Notes: generated by a model from the sequence alone, not told the origin. Shown: positions 1-12,365, counted from the stretch's first letter. The stretch is 34,778 nt of DNA from Octopus bimaculoides (GCF_001194135.2 NC_068988.1:31673565-31708342); one strand, 5' to 3'. Numbers and translations: made by a program.

Positions 1-172
1 ATATATATATTTATATATATATATATATATACATACGTGTGTGTGTATGTGTGTGTATGTGCGTGAGTTGCATTTATTATCCTTAAGAAGAAAACAATTT
101 TACGTCTTTGCTACTTTATGTTCAAATATTAAATGTCATTTAGATTGAGAGGGTAAAAATGACGATGGAAGT

Positions 173-205
<33 letters not shown>

Positions 206-600
206 CTATGAAGATGATGATGACTATGAAGATGATGACGATGCAAAAGAACGTGGCTAAAGGGTGAATAGAAACGTAAAATAAAAAAGAAGTCAACTGA
301 AACAATGAATAACATTAACGACAAGGAATGTAATCACAGAATCATTAATGACAAAGAGGAAGACCTCTATGATTGCATCGAGGAAAAAGGTGTCGACGAG
401 GAGCGGGTCAATTGCGATGATGATGATGATGATAATGATGATGATGATGATGATGAAGATGATGACGATGACGTCTGCGAGAATGACTGATGATGATGTT
501 GACGACAACGACGGCCACGACCACGACGATGATGATGATAATGATGATAGATGATGATGATGATTGATGATGGACGACGATGATGACGATGATACAATAT
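173..600. repeat. (GAT/GAC)n trinucleotide microsatellite blocks
   Basis: Direct inspection, 173-241 and 416-600. Confidence 0.95.
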
Positions 601-723
601 TTAATAACGATGATGTTGCTTAGAAAGTGTTGAAATTGTTGAACATGAAAACGGACGAAATAGATGATGCCAAAATTATAGTAAAATCAAAGAGAGAGCA
701 CAGAAGTGAGATAATTAGAGAGG

Positions 724-729
724 GAGAGA

Positions 730-788
<59 letters not shown>
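724..788. repeat. (GA)n microsatellite
   Basis: Direct inspection. Confidence 0.97.
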
Positions 789-790
<2 letters not shown>

Positions 791-1357
791 CAGAAGAAAA
801 TGAACGAGAGAGTTAGAGATAGATACATAGATAGACAGGGAAAAAAGAGAGATAGAAAAAGAGAGAGAGTTAGAGGGTTTCGAGAGACATAGGGGAACTA
901 GAACGAGGAAAGTAAGCGAGAGAAAGAGAATTTGTAAGATAAGATACAGAATGGTTAGGGGAAAAAATAAATAACTGGGAAAAGTCAACGAAGATTATTT
1001 TAGTTTCTTCGGCTCTTTAGAATTGTGATAACATCTTCAAAGCATTTCTCATGCATAATTTAGACAAGAAACGTCATTGAGTCAGCAAATATATGTCTTT
1101 ATAAATCTATGTATATTTTCAAAAAACAATATTTCAATAATTAAATATTTATTTATATTTTTAAACTATATAACAACTTACTTTGTGTATGTGAAACGTC
1201 TTATCTCTTTCAAGGTGTAAACATATTTTAAAAGAAATAACTGTGGTGTAAACTTAGAAATATATATCAATATTTTCTATCTCAGTTGTAGAGGTATTGA
1301 TGATACAGACATGCACGCACACAAAGAATCATGTACAAACATGCTTGCATAGCCCCA

Positions 1358-1432
<75 letters not shown>
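1358..1432. repeat. (TATC)n microsatellite abutting the palindrome
   Basis: Direct inspection. Confidence 0.97.
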
Positions 1433-1708
1433 GGCCAGAACAATGCCAAGTAAATGCAAGGCATATCACAAGAAAACAAATATATGAATTAATGTAGACT
1501 TACTTTGTATTTCAATTCAATATGTTAAGGTTATGATCCCATCCCCAAGAATTCGAATAATGTTGCAGATGTGCACATCTACAACATTCATTAATTTATT
1601 GAGGATGGTATCATAACCTCAAAATATTTTATACAATGTAAGTCTACATTACTTCATATATTCGTTTTCTTGTGATTTGCCTTGCATTTACTTGGCATTG
1701 TTCTGGCC
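1433..1708. repeat. Spacerless long palindrome (foldback/MITE-like), arms about 141 and 135 bp, centre GTG|CAC at 1573/1574
   Basis: Manual alignment: 1433-1510 matches the reverse complement of 1631-1708 at 74/78 (outer 31 bp identical, GGCCAGAACAATGCCAAG...). Inner arms still pair (AGGTTATGATCCCATCCCCAA vs AGGTTATGATACCATCCTCAA; AATGTTGCAGATGTG vs AATGTTGTAGATGTG). The ORF track shows PEQCQVNAR on both strands. Confidence 0.92.
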
Positions 1709-1737
1709 TTACCCAGGATCCTTTACACAATATATTT

Positions 1738-1866
1738 ATGTGTGTGTGTATGTGTGTACGTGTGTAAGTTTGTTTATGTTTACGTGCGCGTGCGTGTGTG
1801 TGTGTATATGTATATATATGTGTGTGTGTGTGTGTATATGTATATATATGTGTGTGTGTGTATATG

Positions 1867-1916
<50 letters not shown>
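1738..1916. repeat. Compound (TG)n/(TA)n microsatellite
   Basis: Direct inspection. Confidence 0.95.
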
Positions 1917-1919
<3 letters not shown>

Positions 1920-2345
1920 TTGTGCCAGTGCGTGTGTCACTTGTTGGGTGATCAAAATATAAGCTACATCAATGAGTTTGCTGTTCTTACTTGTTTTATT
2001 AATGGTTCCCCAGTCATATTATTTTTTAACATATTCAAACCTTATTTGCCTGATATCTAATATTACAATGTATTCATCGATTGGATGTATAATACATCAA
2101 TACACTGATACATTATATATGCATAAAGGAAATATAATTCATATTTACGGTTTAGATATAAACGATTGCTAAATATATCATACAAGCAAAACTTATAACA
2201 AAATGAAAATAAAAAGTAAATGATTTGCTCTTGTTAATTTGTACAGCCACACGTAAACTGCGATCATGCAAAGGCGGCCAGGCTATAATTATCACGTATA
2301 CCTATGTAATTATAATCTCCGCTGTACTGTAACCTCCAATGTATT

Positions 2346-2510
2346 TGTTATGTCTCAAGCTACTGCTATCTAGCACCTTCGGATGATCTCTACTCAACCG
2401 CTACACAACTGCTACTCGACTGCTATTCAACACACCTACCACGGCCAGACTACCTTTATTTATATGTCTTGGGGGATCCTACTTATTCGCCTGGGGGCGT
2501 CGACACAACA
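2346..2510. mobile_element. Candidate solo LTR (165 bp)
   Basis: Starts TGTTATGTC and ends GACACAACA (8/9 inverted match, TG...CA rule), flanked by GTATT/GTATC (4/5 candidate 5-bp TSD); GC-richer than its flanks; ATATAAATAAA on the minus strand. Confidence 0.35.
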
Positions 2511-2584
2511 GTATCCTTGTTTGTAATTAGTCATTTGTAGTTTGTGTAAAATTTTAGCTGCTACATTTTGTCAGTCGAATGACC

Positions 2585-2654
2585 ATGCCCGCATTGCTAC
2601 ATGCCCGCATTGCTACATGCCCGCATTGCTACATGCCCGCATTGCTACATGCCC
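2585..2654 (+). repeat. Perfect 16-bp minisatellite (ATGCCCGCATTGCTAC) x4.4
   Basis: Identical units at 2585, 2601, 2617 and 2633 plus partial ATGCCC at 2649; no spacers. Confidence 0.97.
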
Positions 2655-3409
2655 ACAAATTTCTATGTACTAATCGTCTGGTGAGTCAGTCGTTTAATAA
2701 AAGACAGGAAAGACACGCAGCTGGTATTTCACCAGGAGATTTTTTAAAAAGGTTTTTGATTTAAATTTGAAATGAAACATATGTACTCTGGGAATTATCA
2801 TTTATATTTCGCATTAAAGTTTATTATCATGGGAAAACATATGTCGAAAATCAGATGCGATTGAATAAAATATTTAAATTAGGAAATACAAATTGAAAGA
2901 AAACACTTGAAGAGAAATTTGTCAAAATCAATAGTAGAAATGTTTGAGTGTTATGACGTCAATTTATTTGCTTAAAGGAACCCATGACTTATATGTAAGT
3001 AAAATGTAAGTCAAACTTTTCTTCAAATGTTTCCTTGGATCACGCAGACTGTGCTAAGAAGAAACTATTTCTAAATGGGTATCTGCCCTCAAGTATATCA
3101 TCTACAACTAATTGAATAAAATGTCAGAATTTCATACTTGCATATCAAAGAGTCTTAAGCGTTGTTGTGATCTGTATCTCTGTATTATGCAAACTGATGT
3201 TGAACGGAAAACAACCGTACTACTAAGTCAATAATGCTAGTAATGTTGTCTCTGTAAGGTCACGGACCATTTTACTTTCAACAAAATTGTGAACAAAGGC
3301 GTTTCATCCTCGACAAACTTATACTCTATAGAAGTAAGAGTAACGCATCAGATTGATGTAGAATTGTTTTTATTATGACTGCGAATAAACACAAACATTA
3401 ATATACGTT

Positions 3410-3430
3410 CACACACACACGCACACACAG

Positions 3431-3466
<36 letters not shown>

Positions 3467-3482
3467 ACACACACACACACAT

Positions 3483-3519
<37 letters not shown>

Positions 3520-3563
3520 CGTATACATAGATATATACATATACAAATATATATATATATATT

Positions 3564-3603
<40 letters not shown>

Positions 3604-3690
3604 TATATACATAGATATATACATATATAAATATATATATATTCATATATACATATATAAATATATATATATGCATATATACATACACAC
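3410..3690. repeat. Compound (CA)n/(TA)n microsatellite
   Basis: Direct inspection. Confidence 0.95.
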
Positions 3691-4168
3691 AAGCACACGT
3701 CCATTTGTATATCCATCACTGCATTCTCAAATATGATCTGTTATTTTCAAGAATATAGTGTGTTATTCGAGATTGATTGGGGTAATCTTCCTAGTAAGTT
3801 CAACGACTGTTTAAAGGTGATCCCTGTGTCGCAGCAATCTTTTGTGTCAAAAGTGAATGACTGTTAGATTAAATGTAAATCTACTGATTTGCATGCATCT
3901 AATCTAATTGTTTTGGGCCCCTGAAGAATTTGCCGGTTTCCCATCTGATACATGACCTACTATTTACATGACCCATCTATATATACATAAATTTACAGAA
4001 TATATTATTTCTTGGTAGCTTGAATAAAATGCAATAATAATGTCGACTTACGTATATATTTTCTCCTACTTACGGACTAATAAATGTCATCATCAAATAT
4101 ACAGCCGTTATTTAATTCTTAAACACGAAATGCACATTATATATTTTACGTTTTAAGTCAACCCTTAA

Positions 4169-4290
4169 TTGGCACACCGTCGCTTATGACAACGGGGCTT
4201 TCAGTTGATCTGATCAACAGAACAGGCTGCTCTCAAAATTAATGTGCTGACCACTCTATAGACATGCTCACCCTTAACGTAGTTCTTAGG
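4169..4290 (-). mobile_element. 3' fragment of a cephalopod SINE-type repeat
   Basis: TTGGCACACCGTCG...CAGTTGATCTGATCAACAGAACAGGCTGCTC...CCCTTAACGTAGTTCT resembles the reverse complement of the 3' part of an abundant Octopus SINE as recalled from memory; no database search was run. Confidence 0.6.
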
Positions 4291-4365
4291 TACGCACCGT
4301 CACAAGTCAACCATAAGCATTGTGCAAACACATTCAAATTTGTGAGACAAAAGAGGCAAAATCTT

Positions 4366-4718
4366 TTCAACATCAAAAACATATAGAATATGGAGCCTAT
4401 CTAGATCTAATGAGACAAGTAGCAATGATTTAATTCATTTGCCAGAAAATGACCTCCTTACGTTTAAGTCATTCAAACAACATCATTAAAATGCATAAAT
4501 AACTAAAGGCTACGGGCATATATTCAACCGAGAGTTTGGATGAAAACGTTGAACGAACTGGAAGTAGTCAAAATAACATAAATATAAGTCAATTAAAGAA
4601 GGGACTAATAATATATTTTTGTATATTTATTTTACTTTCAGACGTATGAATTAATTCATTGCTACTTTTCTAATTAGATCTAGTTAAGCTCTATATTCCA
4701 TATGCTTTTGATGCTGAA
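4366..4718. repeat. Long inverted repeat (83-bp arms, 187-bp spacer), MITE-like
   Basis: 4366-4448 vs reverse complement of 4636-4718 aligns without gaps at 70/83 (64/73 over the outer part). Confidence 0.9.
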
Positions 4719-5051
4719 TATATACTGTTCTTAGGTTGTTACCAGAAAGTATTCGTAGGACTGAAAAGTACTCATTGTTGTCACAATGTTCAATGCTTCT
4801 GCAGTGAATAATGCATCTAAGTTTGGATGTACAGATTCTATATTATATAATTCTATATTTTTATGTATTCCTAAAAAAAGGAAACTGGAAATTCTCTGTA
4901 CAATGAGGGTACACAGGGTACATTCAGCAGAGAAGTTCCTGAAATCTGTAGCAACACTATAATATATTTGTAATTTATTGAAAGAATATTAATTTAGAGC
5001 CGATCTTTTTGAATTGGTTTGTTATGTTCGTTTCCCCATTCACATATACAC

Positions 5052-5090
5052 ATTTAGTTATATCTGTTAATTTAGTTATATCTGTTAATT
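5052..5090 (+). repeat. 18-bp tandem duplication ATTTAGTTATATCTGTTA x2
   Basis: Exact copies at 5052-5069 and 5070-5087. Confidence 0.9.
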
Positions 5091-6279
5091 CATGATAAAA
5101 ATTGTCGTGATATATCACGGCGTATGCAGTCAGATATTTAGCTCTCACAACGTCTTTTGAAACAATTCAAGCTTCAAAACTAAGTGAAAGGTTTGAAACT
5201 TTTGGCAGCACTTTATATCTGTGACATAAAATATAACTTACCATATGTAAATAAATTTACTACCGACTTGGGAAGGCAGTGAAAATATTTCGAACTTTTA
5301 ATAATTGAGTTTGATTTAAGAAAGACATGAACACATACAACTATTGAACTGTATTAAGTTTATCTGTTTACTGTCTTGTTAAATTAATGTGAAGCCTGGA
5401 TAACCTACTGCAGGCACATTCAAATGATTTAACATTTCCAGTTTCAATGATCGACGAAATCAATCAGTATCAACGGAAATGTAATTATTTGTCAGCATAC
5501 TCACTCCACCATTAATAAATCAATGTTCCGAAAGCACAGGGTTGAAAAAATGTTAAACAAACAACCTAGCATATATAGTTGTTTTGGGAATTTATCGGAC
5601 ATTTTATCATAATGCTTCAAACTTAAGAACACAAATTAAAATCTTTATCACTTTCAAACTTTAACATTTCTGTTATCGAAAGTTTTAATAAATTGCATAG
5701 AAGTGATACCAAGATTCACACACTACTCTCACCAAACAGAGACTTTAAGAGTCAAACATCTGTCACTTGTTGAGTGATTATATATTTCTACTGAGAATAA
5801 AAAAATTATATTAAACTTAAATTACTCACCTAAAGAATGTTTGACTGCGTAGAGATCATTCTATATGATGGCACGAACTTACTGATAAAATCTTTCGGCC
5901 TCCCCCAAACACAAGCACACACATGCATATATATTGTATAGGGTGACATCAAAAAAAGGTAAGATACAAGAAAGAGACAAAAAAAAAACAAAAACAAAAA
6001 CAAACATGGAAAGGATAGGGCAATCATAAGGTGTTAATCGTTTATGAGAAAGGTTGAGAAATTTTTTTTCGATTTTCGGTGGTGTTGGCTGGTTTCCAAA
6101 CCTGCGTATATGCACATATATGCATACATACATACATACATACATACATGCATACATACATACATACATAAACAATCACACATGTATATATCCGTATATA
6201 TATGTATATATATGTGTCTCTATATATATTTATATGTATGTGTATATATATAATTAAAAAAGTTTTTTCATTTTATCTA

Positions 6280-6527
6280 GTTTCAGCTCATGAGCTGTGG
6301 CCATGCTGGGGCACCGCTATTTGGTGTTGCTACATAATTTTACTTCACGAATATTTTTCAGGAACTGACATTTGGTGCATGAGAGAGTTTGATGCAGCTG
6401 CCCTCATCTGCACCTCCTGCCACAAAGTTGGTTCATCTGGGACATTTAACAGGAAGAAGTCCAGTTTTATTTTGAAGATACCTACATCCACCCCATGCAG
6501 GTCTCTCAGGTCCCTCGGGAAGTTATT
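6280..6527 (-). mobile_element. 5'-truncated CR1/L2-group LINE 3' end (ORF2 C-terminus plus tail)
   Basis: Minus-strand 6527-6345 reads NNFPRDLRDLHGVDVGIFKIKLDFFLLNVPDEPTLWQEVQMRAAASNSLMHQMSVPEKYS*. This fits the N-x-x-P...FK-x-KLD-x-x-L-x-x-VPD-x-P...SNSL pattern at the C-terminus of CR1/L2-like ORF2 proteins. It is followed by a GCGGTGCCCCAGCATGGCCACAGCTC...CTGAAAC tail. Confidence 0.75.
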
Positions 6528-6961
6528 TTTAATTCATGGCGGCTCCGAGAAAGGAATGCCATGAAATGTTAATGCTATACTGTTAGAAATCGTTTGGCAT
6601 ATTTAAACTTAGAGCTAATATAATTTCCAGCTGGGAGATTACTTTTGGGAAAGTCAGGTATTGTTTAGCGAATGTGAAATTAGAAACATGCACGTAACTG
6701 TCTACAATGTTATCGTAACATTTATTATTCAGAATAAATAATTTGAAATTTTGCCTTGAATTTGCAATATTTGTAGCACAGTTCTACATCGAACTATCTG
6801 TCTGACGATTATCTATCTGGTGATATTTATATCTATCTATATATCTAGCTAATTATAATCGAACTAATTAAGTGAATAGAATACCTCTCAATGACATCTC
6901 CCTCATCATTATTATCATTATCCTCACGATCATGCTATATATTCGACTGCTTTGAAAATAG

Positions 6962-7100
6962 TAATGATAATAACGATGATGATGATGGTGGTGGTGGTGG
7001 TAATGATGAAGATGAAGATGACGATGATGATGATGATATCGATGACGACGACGACGACGGCGACGATGACGATGATCATGATGATGGTGATGATAAATAT
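6962..7100. repeat. (GAT/GGT/GAC)n microsatellite
   Basis: Direct inspection. Confidence 0.93.
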
Positions 7101-7989
7101 AATGAAGACAATAACCGCAACCGCACTAAACAGTGCAAGAGAGAATATTTCGTATATTGATTGATGGCATCAAAACGATGAATGACTGCAAAAACAAATT
7201 AAATATATACATATAACAAAAAAAAAGCATGGTTGAAAAAACAATACCAAAATATGACTAGAACGATAAAAGAATAACCGTTATTAGTTTAGGTCTCTTC
7301 TGAGATATTTTTCATATATTTTTTATTTTTCATGTGGTATTGGCGATGGAGAAATATTTAGAATATTTCTCATTCGAAAGATAGATTCATAAAGATATAG
7401 CAAGTGAATGAGAAAACGTGAGGGAGAGGAAGAGAGAAAAAGAAAGAGAGAGCGAGTGTTGCAGAGAGGCACAGACAGAAAAAGAGATTCTCTGAGAATG
7501 TCACTATGAGAAATGTGAAAATTAAGACAAAAGTGAACAAAAATAAGAATGAAGGTAATAGTACAATAGTTCAAACAAGAATATCAAAAAAGAAGAAAAG
7601 AAACGCGAGGGTTTTAAAGAAATGAAAAGAGAAAAAGAAAAGTATGGGGGAGTAGAAGTAACAAAGTTAACAAATATATTATAATTGAGGTGAAATTTAA
7701 AAAAAAATGCACGACATTCTGGCGCGAGTGTGCACACGCACACATTGATACACACACACACATAAGCAAACATGGACACACACGTACACACACATACACG
7801 GCACACATAAATATATGCCAGAATGCTGCGCAATATATTTTTCATTTTCACCTTAAACCTTTTAGTTCACCTCAATTACAATATACTTGTTAATAAATTT
7901 ATGCTACTATCTCCCCACCCTATATCCCTTTTTCCTATTATTATTTCCTGAGAACCCGCATTCTTTTAATTCTTGTAAAATTTATTGGT

Positions 7990-8015
7990 GATGGTGATGA
8001 CAATGATGCTGCTGA

Positions 8016-8051
<36 letters not shown>

Positions 8052-8190
8052 TTATGATGATGAAGATGATGATCTTCTTTCTGCTTCTTTACAATATGTA
8101 TGTGTATATATTTTTAGAGAAAGGGAGAGAGAGAGAGAGAATTTTAGAAAGATACGCGGATGTCTCTATCTATCTATCTATCAATCTATA

Positions 8191-8257
<67 letters not shown>

Positions 8258-8434
8258 TTATATAGATAGGGTAATAAATTGAATATTAATTCAATTTAAA
8301 ACCAAATGGCCTAAAATAAAGAAATCTGAAAATTCAGAATTCTGGAGAACATAATTTTTTTTTGTGGTTGGGTCGTTGACGACCACTTTCTAGCATATTG
8401 GATGTCAACCTAGTGGTCATCCCTTATACACATA

Positions 8435-8504
<70 letters not shown>

Positions 8505-8694
8505 CACATATGAAAGAGTGCTGAAAACTTCCTGACTTTAAGGATATCGCGAAGGGCTTGAGTGGATGCTCAACATACCGAGTTCTTTTACTAGGACCAC
8601 CGCAATGTGTTTGGGAATCTGCAATGAGAATATGTTGAATAAAATCTATTTTCTTTCACCCAAAGCTAGGAACATTTCAACACCACTCAGTATA

Positions 8695-8756
<62 letters not shown>
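7990..8756. repeat. Cluster of (GAC/GAT)n, two (TATC)n and a (CA)n microsatellite
   Basis: About 7990-8075, 8164-8256, 8436-8503 and 8698-8756 by inspection. Confidence 0.9.
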
Positions 8757-8758
<2 letters not shown>

Positions 8759-8840
8759 GTTACTGAAGGGGTTTGGGTACAATTAGCTTAACCAGTTACA
8801 AGACAATAATTTGTGGACAGTGTGAAGATTTGCTACAGTT

Positions 8841-9587
8841 NNNNNNNNNNNNNNNNNNNNNNNNNNNNNNNNNNNNNNNNNNNNNNNNNNNNNNNNNNNN
8901 NNNNNNNNNNNNNNNNNNNNNNNNNNNNNNNNNNNNNNNNNNNNNNNNNNNNNNNNNNNNNNNNNNNNNNNNNNNNNNNNNNNNNNNNNNNNNNNNNNNN
9001 NNNNNNNNNNNNNNNNNNNNNNNNNNNNNNNNNNNNNNNNNNNNNNNNNNNNNNNNNNNNNNNNNNNNNNNNNNNNNNNNNNNNNNNNNNNNNNNNNNNN
9101 NNNNNNNNNNNNNNNNNNNNNNNNNNNNNNNNNNNNNNNNNNNNNNNNNNNNNNNNNNNNNNNNNNNNNNNNNNNNNNNNNNNNNNNNNNNNNNNNNNNN
9201 NNNNNNNNNNNNNNNNNNNNNNNNNNNNNNNNNNNNNNNNNNNNNNNNNNNNNNNNNNNNNNNNNNNNNNNNNNNNNNNNNNNNNNNNNNNNNNNNNNNN
9301 NNNNNNNNNNNNNNNNNNNNNNNNNNNNNNNNNNNNNNNNNNNNNNNNNNNNNNNNNNNNNNNNNNNNNNNNNNNNNNNNNNNNNNNNNNNNNNNNNNNN
9401 NNNNNNNNNNNNNNNNNNNNNNNNNNNNNNNNNNNNNNNNNNNNNNNNNNNNNNNNNNNNNNNNNNNNNNNNNNNNNNNNNNNNNNNNNNNNNNNNNNNN
9501 NNNNNNNNNNNNNNNNNNNNNNNNNNNNNNNNNNNNNNNNNNNNNNNNNNNNNNNNNNNNNNNNNNNNNNNNNNNNNNNNNNNNNNN
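8841..9587. other. Assembly gap (747 N)
   Basis: Run of N; ORFs 8773..9666 and 8813..9604 span it and are artefacts. Confidence 1.
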
Positions 9588-9815
9588 AGCGTCGGAGGAT
9601 ATGAGTTTACGAAAACTACTTACATTTGGAAGGCGCTGCGTTCAATCAAGTAAAAACAAAGAGTAAATGAGTATATGCATATATACGTACAGGTATGTGC
9701 ATACCGACACCCACCTGTATGTATAGGTGCATATCTGGGTACAGGACATTGCAAACAAACGTAGACGAGAACACACGAGCCACATAGAGAACATTCTACT
9801 TCATCAGCTACCCAC

Positions 9816-9859
<44 letters not shown>

Positions 9860-10632
9860 TATTTAATATAATATTTCACCTTTACTATATATTTCATGTT
9901 TGTATGGTATAGGTATTATGTTATTGATGATTTTTTAAATTTAATTTTTACCTGAAATTGAAAAAAAATTCGTGTATGTTTTCTCTTTATATATATCCTA
10001 CTGCGAATTATTTTTCGTCATTTCCTCTTTTCTTCTTGCAGAATAAATTTTCACAAATATTAAATGGCACAATGGAAAAAAAGAATTAGAAAGCACGAAA
10101 ACATAAATAATAATATTTACAACTCTTTTCTTTACATAGTAGACTTTTCACATTTTTATAAAATCGATCAGGCATATATTTGTACTTTACCTGTAGAGCA
10201 ATCTCAACGAATACAAAAGTATATACCGGAAAGAGAAAAAAAAAAAGAAAAGAAAAGCCTCATACATTGTAGAGAATAAGTTTCGTAATTCAGTCTGCAA
10301 AAACATAAACATGCCATATTGAGGAAACGGAATGTGAGCTAAAAGGTTTTCAATGAGTATAGGAAAGAAAAGTCATGATTTCTAAGCTCAAAAATTCTCA
10401 AAATCAATCGATAGAAAATTTTGATTTGGAGCTGCTTGGCATGTTCAAAACAGTATTATCAATAACTTACTTCATTAATTTCCAATATATTTTAAATAAG
10501 GAACTCGCTGAAAAGCTACATAACTATTATACAAATTCTTAATAATAGGATAAATATTAATACATTCCGACATTAAATAACATACGAAAGGCGACAGAAT
10601 GGAATGTACGGGTTAGAATCAAGCATATGTAG

Positions 10633-10794
<162 letters not shown>

Positions 10795-10849
10795 CGGTAT
10801 GTTTATTTTAATGGCTCACTAATGTATACAATGTGTTTCTCTGCCCTAG

Positions 10850-10949
10850 GTGTCAGGAAGACATTCGGCAAGAAATGGAAACAAAATTGAAAGATGTCAA
10901 TGAAAATAAAAATAATAATAAAAGATTAAAACAGAAAATATTTTATTAG
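10850..10949 (+). CDS. Candidate terminal coding exon, product unknown: (x)CQEDIRQEMETKLKDVNENKNNNKRLKQKIFY*
   Basis: CTAAT branch-like motif at 10819-10823, pyrimidine-rich TGTTTCTCTGCCCTAG acceptor, then a 32-codon charged helical-looking frame ending in TAG. No homology recognised. Confidence 0.25.
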
Positions 10950-11129
10950 GTTCCATATGTTGCCAATTTACTTTTGTGTATATAGAAGTATGAAATATAA
11001 GTAAAAATGTTATTAGGATCAATTATTTCGAAAGGAATACAAGGCACCGTTTTACAGATCTGGATCACCAACATATTAACAATCAGTTTTTAATAGCACA
11101 GATGATTAATCAAAATTGGAATTGTTTCT

Positions 11130-11450
11130 CTGTTCGAAAGAGTGGAGCATAATATCTCCATAACGATCTCTTTGCTCCTAAAAGGTATAAAGATCTTTGA
11201 TATAATATTCCCCTATACTGATCATTACTACATTGATTGTTCGAAAGACACTGCTTTCTGATGATAATATCTTTTTCAGATTGAAGAAAAATTGCAATGA
11301 ATTTTTGTTTGGATTTTGACAGTAACCATAGTGTAGGGGTTTCTGTACTAGTAACACACAATGGTCTAGATTTATTACACCAATATCTCTAAGTTTCATT
11401 TACCCTATTGTAGTGATATTCGTCGTATTTCTGTTGAAAACTCCTTAGAG
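11130..11450 (-). mobile_element. Decayed LINE (CR1/L2-like) reverse transcriptase C-terminal fragment
   Basis: Minus frames give KLRDIGVINLDH (resembles the RDLGV-x-x-D motif) followed in another frame by RSLYLLGAKRSLWRYYAPLF (weakly like LYKSLVRPHLEYxSPVW); frameshifted. Confidence 0.4.
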
Positions 11451-11972
11451 AGATTTAGAAACTATTGAATAGAAACATTTTAATAGATATTTAAAAAAAA
11501 AATTTGATACTACATCTAAATGCAGGCAAAGACGTACTACAAGTTAGCTAACACGCCATATATTTTTTAAATAATATTTCATATTCTTGCGTTTTATTAC
11601 TATAAAATATCGTAGAAGTAGTTTATATTTCATATAAAGTTTTTATATTCAAATTTGTATTATGCATTTATTTCATATTTATAATATCCATTTATATAAT
11701 ATATAATGTTTTATAATATAAATAGAACATGTTATTGTTATATATTATACATTTATCATTGTTTTCACATTCTGTTTAATGTCATCCTTCACTATGTATT
11801 TTTATACTGAATATTATTTTCTATTTCATAATGTATATAAAATATATTTTTCTTATATTTTATAGTATAGTTTTACCTAAACTTGCATTATTTTCTCTTC
11901 AGTTTGATATTTTTTCTCAAACTTCACGCTGCAAATTATTAATATATATATATATATTTTTTTTTCATTTCA

Positions 11973-12023
11973 TTATTTCAACATCTCTTCTTGAAGAAAC
12001 TTCTGGAAGTTATAAACGATGAA
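11973..12023 (-). CDS. Candidate terminal coding exon, product unknown: FIVYNFQKFLQEEMLK*
   Basis: On the minus strand a T-rich tract of about 80 nt with a TTAAT branch-like motif ends ...TTTTTTTTTACGTTCAG. A phase-0 frame follows to TAA, then AT-rich sequence with AATAAA (plus-strand TTTATT at 11667 and 11593). Confidence 0.3.
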   Translation of the reverse strand, partial: FIVYNFQKFLQEEMLK

Positions 12024-12223
12024 CTGAACGTAAAAAAAAACAACACAGACAAAATTAACAAAACAAGGAAAGAACATAAACAAAACAAAAACAAAAAAAA
12101 ACAGTTCTACAAATAAGCCAATAAAACTCACATGAACAAAAACAAAGAAGTACACAAAGTGTAAAATAGGAAATTGATATTCGAAAATATTGATTGAAAT
12201 AGTTTTCGAATATTTTCATAGTT

Positions 12224-12254
<31 letters not shown>

Positions 12255-12259
12255 GCAAC

Positions 12260-12298
<39 letters not shown>

Positions 12299-12365
12299 CA
12301 ACAAAGCTACCAACACCGTGAGAACCACCCACATCCTCCTCCTCCACCTCCTCGTCATCATCATC

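Noticed and set aside
136-988. His-, Ile-, Met-, Ser- and Asp-rich ORFs
   Set aside because: These are translations of (GAT)n and (GA)n microsatellites in several frames on both strands; no evidence of coding.
2585-2654. CRISPR-like regular repeat
   Set aside because: Units are contiguous with no unique spacers, there are no cas genes, and the context is eukaryotic.
4441-4454. GCCAGAAAATGACC resembles the GCCAGAACAATGCC end of the first palindrome
   Set aside because: Only about 14 bp with mismatches and no flanking similarity; treated as chance.
5236-5350. Perfect minus-strand donor (ATG|GTAAGT)
   Set aside because: No convincing upstream acceptor and the peptide frames are uninformative.
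8773-9666. The two longest ORFs (297 and 263 aa)
   Set aside because: Almost entirely N gap.
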